A stretch of 64,000 bases of DNA from a virus (taxonomy: Duplodnaviria; Caudoviricetes): positions 64,001-128,000 of IMG/VR virus record IMGVR_UViG_3300014697_000001; one strand, 5' to 3'. A program made the position numbers and the translations under genes. Shown here piece by piece: positions 63,621-64,000 of this stretch. Each line of letters begins with the position of its first letter. Positions within the stretch are counted from its first letter, which is position 1. Below the pieces are notes generated by a model that was not told the origin of the DNA, made no database searches, and saw nothing but the letters and a program-made list of their open reading frames with translations.

Positions 63621-64000
63621 GTGCTTCCCACCGCTTTAATAGATTATAGAATCCGTTGCACGAGTCCTCGAGGGACTTGACAGGACGTAGATGCTCAGAC
63701 AGGCATCCGCCTTTGTACTCACACGCATTGCAGAATTTATTCTTTTCAACCCGTTTACGTTCGCCTTCACACCATCGATGATAGTCGGCCATGTCCTTGA
63801 TCGGTAGGAAAAACTCTCGATCATTGAGGTCAAATTCCAATACTGCGAATGTCCCCTCTGGAGTTACGTAAAGGTGGTCGTCACTGTAGGAGTGGCCATA
63901 ACCGTCCACTGCCCGAATGATCTGTTGCTGATTCTCGATGTGAAACTTACGCTGGGGATGATGAATCAATGCCCATACCAGGTTTTCGTACTCGCTGAAT
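63604..64000 (-). CDS. C-terminal part of a third radical SAM/SPASM-like protein (partial)
   Basis: YVTPEG; CNACEYKGGC...SC; frame runs off the window. Confidence 0.7.
   Translation of the reverse strand, partial: FSEYENLVWALIHHPQRKFHIENQQQIIRAVDGYGHSYSDDHLYVTPEGTFAVLEFDLNDREFFLPIKDMADYHRWCEGERKRVEKNKFCNACEYKGGCLSEHLRPVKSLEDSCNGFYNLLKRWEAHESTP

Noticed and set aside
58990-64000. Known DNA-modification (queuosine/deazaguanine or TET/JBP) pathway
   Set aside because: No QueC/QueD/FolE/DpdA or TET-like motifs in view; rSAMs have C-terminal Cys clusters unlike QueE; DNA modification not strictly excluded

Overview
This window is from a phiKZ-like jumbo phage (nucleus-forming Chimalliviridae type), judged from recognisable core genes in phiKZ-like order: DnaB helicase, major capsid protein with a propeptide rich in S-x-E motifs, a non-virion RNA polymerase beta-N subunit, RuvC, a block of virion structural genes and the portal. 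It also holds an SF2/SNF2 helicase interrupted by a class 3 LAGLIDADG intein, nucleotide-metabolism genes (folA, Nudix, split class II RNR nrdJa/nrdJb, dcd, DHH, CYTH), spanins, an endolysin, fibre/adhesin genes and clusters of small early genes behind a repeated TACAT promoter motif. The least explained signals are: (i) three intergenic, densely base-paired regions (about 840, 430 and 170 nt) sharing a TATGT start and a CTTTATTT/T-rich end, which look like a set of late-transcribed structured ncRNAs; (ii) a translationally coupled operon of at least three radical-SAM-like proteins and four His-x-His 2OG-Fe(II) oxygenases ending in the endolysin; (iii) a shared N-terminal peptide on four unrelated adhesin-like proteins; (iv) an apparently catalytically dead prohead-protease paralog; (v) a repeat-bounded GAA-hairpin element that may be a replication/priming site. 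All assignments are by eye from motifs and synteny; phiKZ gp numbers are recalled homologies, not search results. No tRNA, rRNA or CRISPR array was seen.
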